A DNA stretch of 34,462 nt from Eledone cirrhosa (Eukaryota): the NCBI GenBank assembly GCA_964016885.1, contig CAXHJY010000543.1, positions 1-34,462 of the forward strand. The letters are read 5' to 3'. A program made the translations under genes and the position numbers. Position 1 is the stretch's first letter, and every line of letters begins with the position of its first letter. Positions 23,795-34,462 of the stretch are shown piece by piece. Below the pieces are notes generated by a model. That model made no database searches, was not told the origin of the DNA, and saw only the letters and a program-made list of their open reading frames with translations.

Positions 23795-23949
23795 TATACA
23801 CTGTCCTGGGATATATATATATATATTGTGAGTTGTGTCAACTAGAAATGTAAATCTATGTTGTGTCCCGCCCACTTCTACAGCCAGCTGTAAATAAGCC
23901 ACACCCCCTTCCTCTGTCACTTCCTTTCCTCTCTCTCTATAGATATTTA

Positions 23950-25312
23950 TTTACACACACACATACATTCACATACATACACACACATTCACATACATAC
24001 ACACACATTCACATACATACACACACATTCACACACATTCACATACATTCACATACATACACACACACATACATTCACATACATTCACATACATACACAC
24101 ACATTCACATACATACACACACATTCACATACATACACACACATTCACATACATACACACACATTCACATACATACACACACATTCACATACATACACAC
24201 ACATTCACATACATACACACACATACACATACATTCACATACATACACACACACACATTCACATACATACACATACATTCACATATATACACACAGATTG
24301 ACATAGATACACATATACACACACACATTCACATACATACACACACATTCACATACACACACATGCACATACACACACATACACATACATACACATACAC
24401 ACACATTCACATACACACACATACACATACATTCACATACATACACATCTCTTTCCTTCTCTCTCTCTATAGATATTTATTATTTACATACACCCAAACA
24501 TACATACAGACACACATACATACACACATACTCTCTCACACACATACATACACACACTCACTCTCTCTTACATACATACACACACACACTCTCTCTTACA
24601 TACATACACACACTCTCTCTCTCACACACATACATACACACACACACACTCTCTCTCACACACATATATACACACACATACACACACACTCTCTCTCACA
24701 CATATATACACACACACACACTCTCTCACACACATATACACACACACACACTCTCTCACATACATACATACACACACACACACTCTCTCTCACATACATA
24801 TATACACACACACACACACTCTCACATACATACACACGGAAAACTTTCTGCCAGCCATCATTACCCCATCTTAAATGTAGTTTCATCTTTTAAAATATAG
24901 TCTCTCTCTCCCTCTATCTCTCTCCCTCTCTCTCGATCTTTCTCTCTCTATCTATCTTTCTCTTTGTCTCTCTCTTTCTTTCTCTCTCTCTTTCTCTCCC
25001 AATCTCCCCCTCTCTCTCTTTAGAATTGCAATTAAATATGATAAATATATAATAAATATATAATAAATATATAATAAATATATAATATATATATAATAAA
25101 TATATAATATATATATAATATATATATAATATATATATAATATATATATATAATAAATATATATATATATATATAATAAATATATAATATATATATAATA
25201 AATATATAATATATATAATATATATAATATATATAATAAATATATCTTTTGAGCTGCTATCAGTGTTTTTCAATGATTCGTTATCAATTTGTAAACACCT
25301 CCATCTCTCTGG

Positions 25313-25349
<37 letters not shown>

Positions 25350-25566
25350 TACATACACACACATATATATATATGTATATGCATACATACATACACGCGC
25401 GCCTGTGTGTATGTTTGAATGTGTGTGTGGTATCAATGTGTGTGTGTGTGTATGAATGTATGTGTGTATGAATGTGTGAGTGTGTGTATGTACTGTGTGA
25501 GTATGTGCGTGTATGAATGCGTGAGTGTGTATATGAGTGTATGAGTGTGTGTGTGTGTGTGTGTGT
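23950..25566. repeat. CA/CT/TA compound microsatellite block
   Basis: Direct inspection. Confidence 0.95.
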
Positions 25567-25935
25567 CTTTAAGCCCTCTACAAGCAACATAGATCTCAGC
25601 ATCTCAGCACACACTCTATCACCGTTACAGGACGGTAGCCCTGCTATTGTCAGAAATATATTTTGCAAATATATAACAAAACTTGTAACAAAGAACTTGC
25701 ATCAGGAGGCTTCGTTTTAAAGATTTTTATGGAAATTAAAAAAGTTTCAGTTAGTGAAAAATTCGATTATTAAAATCGATTTCTAAAAAACCAACCCTTC
25801 ACCTCTAGATCTTACAATAAAAACTTCACCAACACCAATTTAATACGCGAAGTAAAACCTAACCAGTTAAACATCGTCATTTTGGCTTTTATTTCTGTCT
25901 ACATGTTGGTTCACCTTGAAATAATGTGAAAGAAG

Positions 25936-26248
25936 TACAGGCATGACCGTGTGGTTAACAAGCTTACTTTGCAACCATGTGGTTTCGGGTTCAATCTCGC
26001 TGCATGGCACCTTGGGCAAGTGTTTTTCTATTGTAAACTCGAACTGGGGTTTATCAATGCTTTGTGAGTGAAATTTAGTAGACGGAAACTGCAAAAGTCC
26101 GTCGGACACATGCACTCTCTCACACACACGTGTGTGTGTGTGTATTATGTGTATACATATATGTATGTGTGTGTATATATATATATATATAGATATATAT
26201 AAAATTGTTTTTCGTTCGTTATCTTGTCCTCTCTTTGTTATTTTCTTA

Positions 26249-26343
<95 letters not shown>

Positions 26344-26515
26344 GTTGTATATGTAACTTAGGGGTTCGACAAAAAAGGACCGATAAAATAAGTGCTAAAT
26401 TTGAGAAAATATGTACTGGGTATCGATATGATGGACTAAATCATTTGAAGGTGGTGCCCCAGCTTGGTCGCATGTTAGTGATTGAAAAAGAAAAACACCA
26501 TTAAAAGAAGTAAAA
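25936..26515 (+). mobile_element. tRNA-derived CORE-type SINE with internal (TA)n/(TG)n expansions
   Basis: TGACCGTGTGGTTAA (A-box-like), GGTTCAATCTC (B-box-like), CCTTGGGCAAGTG; the 3' part CCGATAAAATAAGT...GTACTGGGTATCGAT resembles the other SINE core. Confidence 0.6.
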
Positions 26516-26579
26516 ATAAACATTTATTGTTTGACTTGGTCTTTTTAAAAACTCGGCCTTCGGCCTTGTGAAGTGAAGG

Positions 26580-26705
26580 TAGCCACCCACTGGAGGCACG
26601 CCCAACTCAGTGTTATTAAGTTGGGCGTAGAATGGCGCGTAAAAAAAGTTAGCAGTAGCAGCAGCAGGTATAAAGTTGTCTCTTTTGTAGCATTTTGTTC
26701 AGTTC
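26580..26705 (+). promoter_or_regulatory. Core promoter of the KLF gene (TATA box, Inr, CACCC/GC boxes)
   Basis: TATAAA at 26669-26674; TCAGTT initiator with A at 26701 (32 nt after the TATA start); CCACCC 26583, CACGCCC 26597, GGGCGT 26623; locally CpG-richer unique sequence about 230 nt upstream of the ATG. Confidence 0.7.
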
Positions 26706-26841
26706 GAGTATGACTATTAAATAGTGAGGCCACACTGCTGCTTGCTTCCTCTTCACTCACAATATCATTACCTGTCACCACCCACGTTAGAGAACAGTTT
26801 ATTGTAGTTTTTTTTTTTCATTCGTTCGATCTTAGTCCTCA

Positions 26842-26897
<56 letters not shown>

Positions 26898-26929
26898 CGT
26901 ACATATACACAACATATATAATCGAAACG

Positions 26930-27545
26930 ATGTCACCCCAATCTAAAAGCTTAGATAGCGACCGTTCATATGATAGTGATATAGAAGAAGTGATTGTGGC
27001 CGCCAGCCAATTGTGTGATATGAAGCATAACACATCTCAACATTGGGACGAGATTTCTAAACTCCAAGAAGGGGGCATCTTGCAGAAATATGTCCTTGAA
27101 GATTTTCGAATAACCTATGAATTAGAACGTAAATTTGCTGGGTTCAGACAGACTCTGAAGAGAAGGCCTGGCTTACCATTTATAAAGCCAAGTAAAAGGG
27201 TGCGTGTGAATTCTAGAAATCTAACAGAGAACAATACTTTAATGCAGGGCACTGTTTTGGGTGACCCTACCAGACAACGGAGAAGACGGAAGCTTTCTCC
27301 GAGTTCTAGTGGACTGGCCACAGAAAATGTACCTCCCATGTTAAATCAACAACAATGTTTTCCAACGAGTTGTCCACCTAATTCGGCCATATTCCCCGCT
27401 CCCAATATTAATATGGACACTGATCATAACCTCAAGGGCCGCAAAGCAGCTGGTCCCAAGCGAGTACATGAATGCCATGTGGCTAATTGTGGAAAAAAAT
27501 ACACAAAGAACAGTCACCTGAAGACCCATTTAAGAACACACACAG
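26930..27545 (+). CDS. First coding exon of a Kruppel-like factor (KLF) C2H2 zinc-finger transcription factor, divergent KLF6/7(luna)-like; 3' partial
   Basis: The 207-aa non-repetitive ORF ends in KRVHECHVANCGKKYTKNSHLKTHLRTHTG (KLF finger-1 signature), followed by CAG|GTAAGT at 27545/27546, the phase-1 intron position (HTG^EKP) typical of KLF genes. A at -3 of the ATG. The N-terminal WDEISKLQEGG...LEDFRITYELERKF resembles the KLF6/7 N-terminal acidic domain. I did not find the exon for fingers 2-3 in the window. Confidence 0.92.
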
Positions 27546-27587
27546 GTAAGTAAATTGTTATACCTTAATTACTAATCTGAAGGACGA

Positions 27588-27626
<39 letters not shown>

Positions 27627-27756
27627 CATATACACACACACATATACACATATATATATTTAGAACCATCTTTGAGTGTGAATGTGTGAATACACACACC
27701 CATCCAACTACATCTTACGTAAATTATTGTCTCATATATATATGTGTGTGTATATG

Positions 27757-27882
27757 AGTCTTGGGTTCAATCGGGGGTAACCACAGTAAGGTACTCAATA
27801 CATTACTAGAGTATAAACATCAAATTTAATATAGAAATGGCTTCTACAGGAGTAGAACTGTTTCTTTAAAAGAAATCATCAA
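27757..27882 (-). mobile_element. Family B element (single arm) in the KLF intron
   Basis: Family B tail plus minus-strand TTGATGA-TTTCTTTTAAA-GAAACAGTTCTACTCCTGTA-GAAGCC, ending at the core. Confidence 0.75.
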
Positions 27883-28011
27883 TATATCTAATCTTAAGAA
27901 TGGTTTCTCCGAAGGAGATCGTGAAGAAATCAGTTATATAAAGGCACCCAATAGATTAGTTAAAATACATATTTTATTTTATATACAAATTGATTTTTCT
28001 GTAAATTTACT

Positions 28012-28104
28012 ATGAATGACTTCTACAGGACTAGATCTGTTTCATTTGTTTGAAAATCCTGATGATTTCAAACAAATGAAACAGTTCTAGTCCTGTAGAA
28101 GAAA
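28012..28104. mobile_element. Family B palindrome with intact CTGATGA/GAAA/GTA core on the + strand
   Basis: TTCTACAGGACTAGATCTGTTTCATTTGTTTGAAA / CTGATGA(28059)TTTCAAACAAATGAAACAGTTCTAGTCCTGTAGAA; the 5' strand of stem I is mostly lost. Confidence 0.7.
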
Positions 28105-28214
28105 TGTTTATAGAGTATTTTTTTTAACCTTTTCTACTCTAATAATTTATTGAATATTTAATTTGTTTGCTGTCTTTTCTCGTTCCTCTTTATAAAACCC
28201 CTAAATATTATTAA

Positions 28215-28363
28215 TCACACACACACACACACACAAATATATATATATAGTATCACGTATACATCTTTAGTTACACACACATACAAATATATATATATAG
28301 TATCACGTATACATCTTTAGTTACACACACACATACAATATATACACACATCTATATATATAT

Positions 28364-28394
<31 letters not shown>

Positions 28395-28582
28395 GTATCA
28401 CGTATACATCTTTAGTTACACACACACATACAAATATATATATATATATATAGTATCACGTATACATCTTCAGTTACACACACACATACAATATATACAC
28501 ACATCTATATATATATACACACATATAAATATATAAAGATAGTATCACGTATACATACATCTTCAGTTACACACACACACCA
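28215..28582. repeat. Repeat of AGTATCACGTATACATCTTTAGTTACACAC (5 copies) separated by variable CA/TA tracts
   Basis: Copies at about 28249, 28299, 28394, 28452 and 28541. Confidence 0.85.
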
Positions 28583-28980
28583 CTTTCGATTCTTTTTTCT
28601 GATTATATGAAATACCTTTATAACAGTCCCAACTCCCCTCAATCTCCATATAAAAGATATTTATTAGGGGTCTACATTTAATCAGATCTTCCCCCTATCC
28701 TTAAAATAACTTGTGAAAAGTTCAACCATTTTCTGTATTCCATTGTTACTTTACCATTTTCTGCTCCTCTCTCTCTTTCTTTCCTTCCTTCCTTGGTCAG
28801 CACTAACAGACCTGGTCATCTGGTCAGTTGATCACTTACTACAGCTTCTCTGGCTACCAGACAACACACATGTGTGTATATATATATATATACATACACA
28901 TATACACACGTGTGTATGTATGTATATGTGAGGTCAGAATTTACAGAATGTCTCTATACTCATATATACGTATACATATA

Positions 28981-29040
<60 letters not shown>

Positions 29041-29502
29041 ATGTGAGGTCGATATTTATCGTCTGTCTCTATGTATATATATACTCACATGCATGTATAT
29101 ATATATATATATATATATATACTCACATGTATGTATATATATATATATATATATATATACTCACATGTATGTATATATATTTATATATATGTATTCCACA
29201 TGCTTGGATTGTTTCTTTTGTTTACCGTCCATATGTATATGTGAAGAAAAATGTGTGTGTATATATATCTAGCGTGTATGTATGTGTATATATCTATCTA
29301 GCGTGTATATATATATATCTAGCGTGTATGTATATGTCTAGCGTGTATGTGTATATATCTATGTAGTGTATACATATATATATATGTATATAGTGTGTGT
29401 GATTTACGTTCGTTTACCCATGCTGGTATGAGGTGATTACACACACACCAGGTTTTTATATATATATATATTATCATCATTTAACGTCCGATCTCCCTAC
29501 TA

Positions 29503-29553
<51 letters not shown>

Positions 29554-29680
29554 CATCATTTAACGTCCGATCTCCCTACTACCATATATATATATATTAT
29601 AAAATCTACGTTCGTTCGTCTGCCCATGCTGGTATGAGTTGGAATAAACATACATACAGATAGTGTTATATACTTACGTT

Positions 29681-29712
<32 letters not shown>

Positions 29713-30209
29713 CACGTTTATATATGACGATGATATCTATATGTATAATATATATGTTTATATATGACGATGATATATATATATATATACACATACGTTT
29801 ATATATGACGATATCTATATATATAATATATAGATATATCTACACACACACACGTTTATATATGATGCTATATATCTATATATATATACAGACAGACAAT
29901 GCTTAGTTCTTTTGTCTCTGTACCACACTATATATACACATGTATATATATATATATATACACATGTATATATATAGAGAGACAGCTCACTGTCCACACC
30001 CACAAAATCTATTTTCTTTGTCTATAAAGAAGCCCTCTCTACGTATAATTTCTCTCCAAACTTTCCTCTTCTCACCTCTCTTCAACCTCTCCACACCAGT
30101 CATTAAACTCCTCATTATCTTCTACTGTTAATTAATATTAATTATAATTAAGTGATTTCCTTTGAAATAAGTAAATTGTTGAAACAATGAAGTTAGCACC
30201 TTTTGTATA

Positions 30210-31030
30210 TGTCTCTCTCTCTCTCTCTCTACTCTCTCTACTCTATCACTTCTCACTCTCTCATTTACCTCTCTCTCTATTCTATCACTTCTCACTCTCT
30301 CATCTATCTCTATTCTATCACTTCTCACTCTCTCATCTACCTCTATCACTGCTCACTCTCTCATTTACCTCTCTCTATTCTATCACTTCTCACTCTCTCA
30401 TCTCTCTCTCTCTCTTACGATGTTTAGATCTCTCTCTCTCTCTCTCTCTGTATGTCTCTCTCTCATCTACCTCTATCACTTCTCTCTCTATGTCTCATTT
30501 ACCTCTCTCTTACGATGTCTAGATCTCTCTCTACTCTATCACCTCTCTCTCTCTCATCTACCTCTATCACTTCTCTCTATGTCTCATTTACCTCTCTCTC
30601 TCTCTCTCACGATGTCTCTAGATCTTTCTCTCGGGATGTCTCTCATCTACCTTTTACGCTTCTCTGATTTTCCGCTCTCTCTCTCTCTTTCTCTCTATAT
30701 CTCTCTACCTCTATCTCTCAACGATGTCTCTTAAGTCTCTCTTGTCTATCTCTTTCATTCTCTCTTGTCTATCTCTTTCATTCTCTCTCGATGTCTCATC
30801 TACCTCTCTCATAGTCTATCACTTCTCTCTCTCTGCATTATTTCTTTCTTCCTCGCTTCGCGTTTTCTTTTATCTTTTCATTCCTCTCTCTGTTGCTTAC
30901 TTCTCACTGTTTTCCTCTCTCTCTGTTGCTCAGTTCTCTTACCCTCTCCGCTACTTTTCTCTCTCATTTCTCTGTCCCCTACTTTCCCTATCTCTCTGTC
31001 TCTATTCCTCACTCCCCCTCTCTCTCTACC
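30210..31030. repeat. CT-rich polypyrimidine block with CTATCACTTCTCACTCTCTCAT subrepeats
   Basis: Direct inspection. Confidence 0.9.
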
Positions 31031-31148
31031 TCGACTGAAATCTGTACAAATGTGGGTGTGTATGTGTGTACTTTTAAGAACCCAGCTAAATACTTTTGCT
31101 GTGTAAAGCACGTGTTGTATACTATATATTTGTTTGTGTATATACACA

Positions 31149-31203
<55 letters not shown>

Positions 31204-32100
31204 ATGTGTATATATATATATAAATGGTTGGCTTGTTTCTAAGTGATGGTTGTTTAGCCCTAGGTTAGTCCTGATCAAGGAGACACTGGCAACAAAGACA
31301 ATCCAGTCGTGATCATCCAGTTTGAATTCAGGGAATCCAAGAAAAAAAATATTATTCCACTTTTATTTTTTTTATAATGATGATCTTAGCAGATCGAACT
31401 GTAAAAGTCCCAATGGTTTACAGATAATGATCGGTGGTGGTGATATTTAATATCGATCATCAGTCAGCAATCACTGAACGACCAAAGGTGACGTTCCAAC
31501 CGTGACTATCCTAATTTTTTCTCCAACATATGTACCTTTTTATAATAATGGTAGTGGAGAAATTTGACTGTTATTCTAACAGCCTAGTGGTGATGGTGGT
31601 AGTGGTTGTGGTGGTGGTATGGTGGTTGTGTTGTAGTGGTGGGTCTTGTGGTTGTGTTGATGGTGGTTGTGTTGTGAAATATGTTTGTGGTATGTCGCTG
31701 ATGGTGGTTGCGTCGTTGGTGGTGGTGGTATTGGTGTTGAGGATGGTAGCACTGGTAGTGTAGAAAATAATAGTAGTGATGGTGGTGTTGGTGTAGAGCT
31801 CGGTAGCAATGGTAGTGGTGATGTAGATGATGGTAGTGATGATGGTGGTGGTGTAGAGGATGGTACGTAGCGCCATAAAAGACGTAGATAAGAACTTCTC
31901 AACTTTGGCAAACTGCCCAGTCTGTGGGTAGCTACTGGAAGTGAATTACTAGTAGTAGTAGTAGTAGTCACCATACTAATGTACTAGCTTGTAGTGTATG
32001 TATACACACACACACACACACAAATACGATGTATATATAGTTACTGGTGCTCTATGTAAGGTCGGATTTGTATGTATATATTGATAACTGGAAGACAGGC

Positions 32101-32179
<79 letters not shown>

Positions 32180-32181
<2 letters not shown>

Positions 32182-32290
32182 GGTGGGATGCCCGACAATG
32201 ATGCTTAAACGGTTTGAACTTGACCGTCGGGCAGTTTTATCCTATATATAAATATACACTCAACTTATGTATGGTGTACTAAGTTAATTA
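32180..32290 (+). mobile_element. Diverged family A-like remnant
   Basis: TGCCCGAC...AAACGGTTTGAACTTGACCGTCGGGCA...CCTATA followed by a degenerate tail motif CACTCAACTTATGTATGGTGTAC; follows a long (TA)n. Confidence 0.5.
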
Positions 32291-32312
32291 GTGACATCTC
32301 ATCTACTTCTGT

Positions 32313-32348
<36 letters not shown>

Positions 32349-32767
32349 TTATAGCCATAACATTTTGTTCACGACAATTCCTATAGCAATGAAAGGGTGG
32401 TGGAAAAAACTCTTTCTTTGTTGAGTGCGACTTTTCTTCCTTGTAGAACAGTGGCTGGCACACATACACATATGTATTGACAGATACACACAAATGCATA
32501 GACAGATACGCGCACACACACACACACATATATATGGACACACACAAACATATATATATGGACACACATAAATAAATAAAATGAAATGAAAATGAAATGA
32601 TAAACACAGACACACCCACATAGATATACACACGCAGATATAGTATATATACATTATATATATATATATATATATATAACATACACAAACAGAAATATAT
32701 ATATATATATATATATAACATACACACACATACATATATCCATTACATATATTACATACATTCATCT

Positions 32768-32877
<110 letters not shown>

Positions 32878-33043
32878 ACATCCATACATCCATAGATACA
32901 TAGATACACTCTGACAGCGAGTAGTCGGTTAATGACCAAGAATAGCAGCGAAAGGCTCACGGTGGGTGAGCTTCTAGGTACAAACAAGCAGTTATATGTA
33001 GATGGTGGGGGAATATATGTGTGTGTGTGTGTGTGTATCACCA

Positions 33044-33086
<43 letters not shown>

Positions 33087-33219
33087 GTGTGTGTAGAAGT
33101 TATATTTAAATTGTTGGGATACAAGCAAATATTTTTATAACTGATATAAAGCACTCAACAAATTATTGGAGTAAAAATACGATATATTAACAAATGGAAA
33201 CTATTTATAAAACCATATT

Positions 33220-33284
33220 TATTTCCTTATACATATTTCAAGGCCACCAAGTCAAATTATGGTGCGTTTTCATCAGATAAAATA
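33220..33284 (-). ncRNA. Minimal type I hammerhead ribozyme (family C, left arm of palindrome)
   Basis: Near-exact reverse complement of 33438-33502, with TCATCAG at 33270-33276. Confidence 0.72.
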
Positions 33285-33437
33285 TAATATAGATCAGTTT
33301 TATAAATATTGACATATCCTTAAAGAATGCGACCATTTCTGTTGGAAGCTCCCGGATTGATTATCCGGGAGCTTCCAACAGAAATGGTCGCATTCTTTAA
33401 GGGTATGTCAATATTTATTTATAAAACTGATCTATAT

Positions 33438-33502
33438 TATTTTATCTGATGAAAGCGCACCATAATTTGACTTGGTGGCCTTGAAATATGTATAAGGAAA
33501 TA
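33438..33502 (+). ncRNA. Minimal type I hammerhead ribozyme (family C, right arm of palindrome)
   Basis: TATTTTAT-CTGATGA-AAGCGCACCA-loop-TGGTGGCCTT-GAAAT-ATGT-ATA-AGGAAATA. Stem II shows compensatory changes relative to the 12811 copy. Confidence 0.75.
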
Positions 33503-33546
33503 AATATGGTTTTATAAATAGTATTTGTTAATATATCGTGTATATA

Positions 33547-33589
<43 letters not shown>

Positions 33590-33640
33590 TATATGTGTGG
33601 GTGTGTAGAATACAGAGACACTTTCGAATTCTCTCTCTCT

Positions 33641-33791
33641 ATATAGAAATGGCTTCTACAGGATTAGAACTGTTTCATTCGAATGAAACAGTTCTAGTCC
33701 TGTAGAAGCCATTTCTATATTATTGATGTTTACACTCTACTAATGCATTGAGTACCTTACTGTGGCTACCCCCGACCGAACCCGTGACTCA
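33641..33791 (+). mobile_element. Family B fold-back element centred on ribozyme stem II
   Basis: 80-bp palindrome at 33641-33720 centred on TTCGAA (33678-33683), followed by the family B tail. Confidence 0.8.
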
Positions 33792-33812
33792 TATTCCTTC
33801 TTTCTTTCTTAC

Positions 33813-33851
<39 letters not shown>

Positions 33852-33915
33852 ATAATAATTTCTATACTTTTCATTTATTTATATATATATATATAGCAAT
33901 TCACTGAATCACATA

Positions 33916-33954
<39 letters not shown>

Positions 33955-33958
<4 letters not shown>

Positions 33959-34117
33959 ATACGGTGAATTGCTGGTGGTACCGATGTGAGCACTCAATGC
34001 TCGGGTAGAGTGTATATAGTAAAAAAACATAAACGATCAGGTTTCGTTTACATCTATGTATGCTTTTATTGAGTATCGACCAATAAAAACACATGTAAAC
34101 GAAACTTCTTGGTTGAC
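33955..34117 (-). mobile_element. Family F: diverged fold-back element with the shared tail hairpin
   Basis: Imperfect hairpin GTTTCGTTTACAT...ATGTAAACGAAAC (about 34041-34105) and tail motif GCACTCAATGCTCGGGTAGAGTG (33990-34012); (TA)n and (CA)n flanks. Confidence 0.5.
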
Positions 34118-34134
34118 ACACACATATATATATA

Positions 34135-34272
34135 TCATCATCATCATCATCATCATTTTACGTCTGCTCTTCCCTGCTTGCAGCACAGCATCTCTCCACT
34201 CGTCACGGTCCTTCGTCATCTCCACCGCGAGCTTCAATGATCTGAGGTCTGTTCTCACCACCTCCGCCCATG
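34135..34272 (-). mobile_element. RTE-type LINE 3' end with (GAT)n tail (second family)
   Basis: WAEVVRTDLRSLKLAVEMTKDRDEWRDAV (W...V..DL...DR..WR motif) followed by (ATG)n; related 3' tails at about 19056-19110 and 29405-29643. Confidence 0.7.
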
Positions 34273-34308
34273 TTTATATATATATAGAGAAAAGATTCTG
34301 AATCTTCA

Positions 34309-34385
34309 TTATAACCACTACTACTTCAAGTATTGAGTACTCTGGTGGGTTAAGGTCTACCTGGTTTTTACTACATCCTATCTGA
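34309..34385 (+). mobile_element. Family A tail fragment
   Basis: CCACTACTACTTCAAGTATTGAGTACTCTGGTGGGTTAAGGTCTACCTGGTT matches the tail at 5716-5770. Confidence 0.65.
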
Positions 34386-34462
34386 TATATATATGTGTGT
34401 ATGTGTGTGTGGATTGGTAGTAATGGGTAGGCCCTTTACATTCTGAGTTCAAATCCCGCCGG

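Larger units (their letters stand above)
33092..33540 (-). mobile_element. Family C element with about 180-bp inverted arms, each carrying a hammerhead
   Basis: Palindrome at 33179-33539 with loop near 33358-33362; unpaired tail at 33092-33178; TA/TG microsatellite flanks. Confidence 0.85.

Overview
AT-rich, microsatellite-saturated animal genomic DNA. The repeat content looks like Octopus/cephalopod, which is my recollection and not verified. Only one convincing protein-coding exon is present: the first exon of a Kruppel-like factor (26930-27545, divergent KLF6/7-like, with zinc finger 1 followed by the canonical phase-1 intron), preceded by a TATA + TCAGTT-Inr core promoter with KLF-type CACCC/GC boxes. 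Nearly all other ORFs in the track are microsatellite artefacts. The rest is tRNA-derived SINEs, RTE-clade LINE 3' fragments (one amplified into a 70-bp minisatellite), MITEs and minisatellites. The main hidden signal is about 20 short (55-450 bp) elements, mostly sitting in (TA)n tracts. They belong to at least five sequence families (A-F below) and are built on type I hammerhead ribozyme motifs. Many are fold-back palindromes centred on or just upstream of the ribozyme, and families A, B, C and F share a covarying bulged hairpin (ACTC-stem/loop-TY-GAGT) in an unpaired 3' tail. This looks like a family of non-autonomous, Penelope-like/retrozyme-like ribozyme retroelements. All folds were derived by eye and none has been tested computationally.
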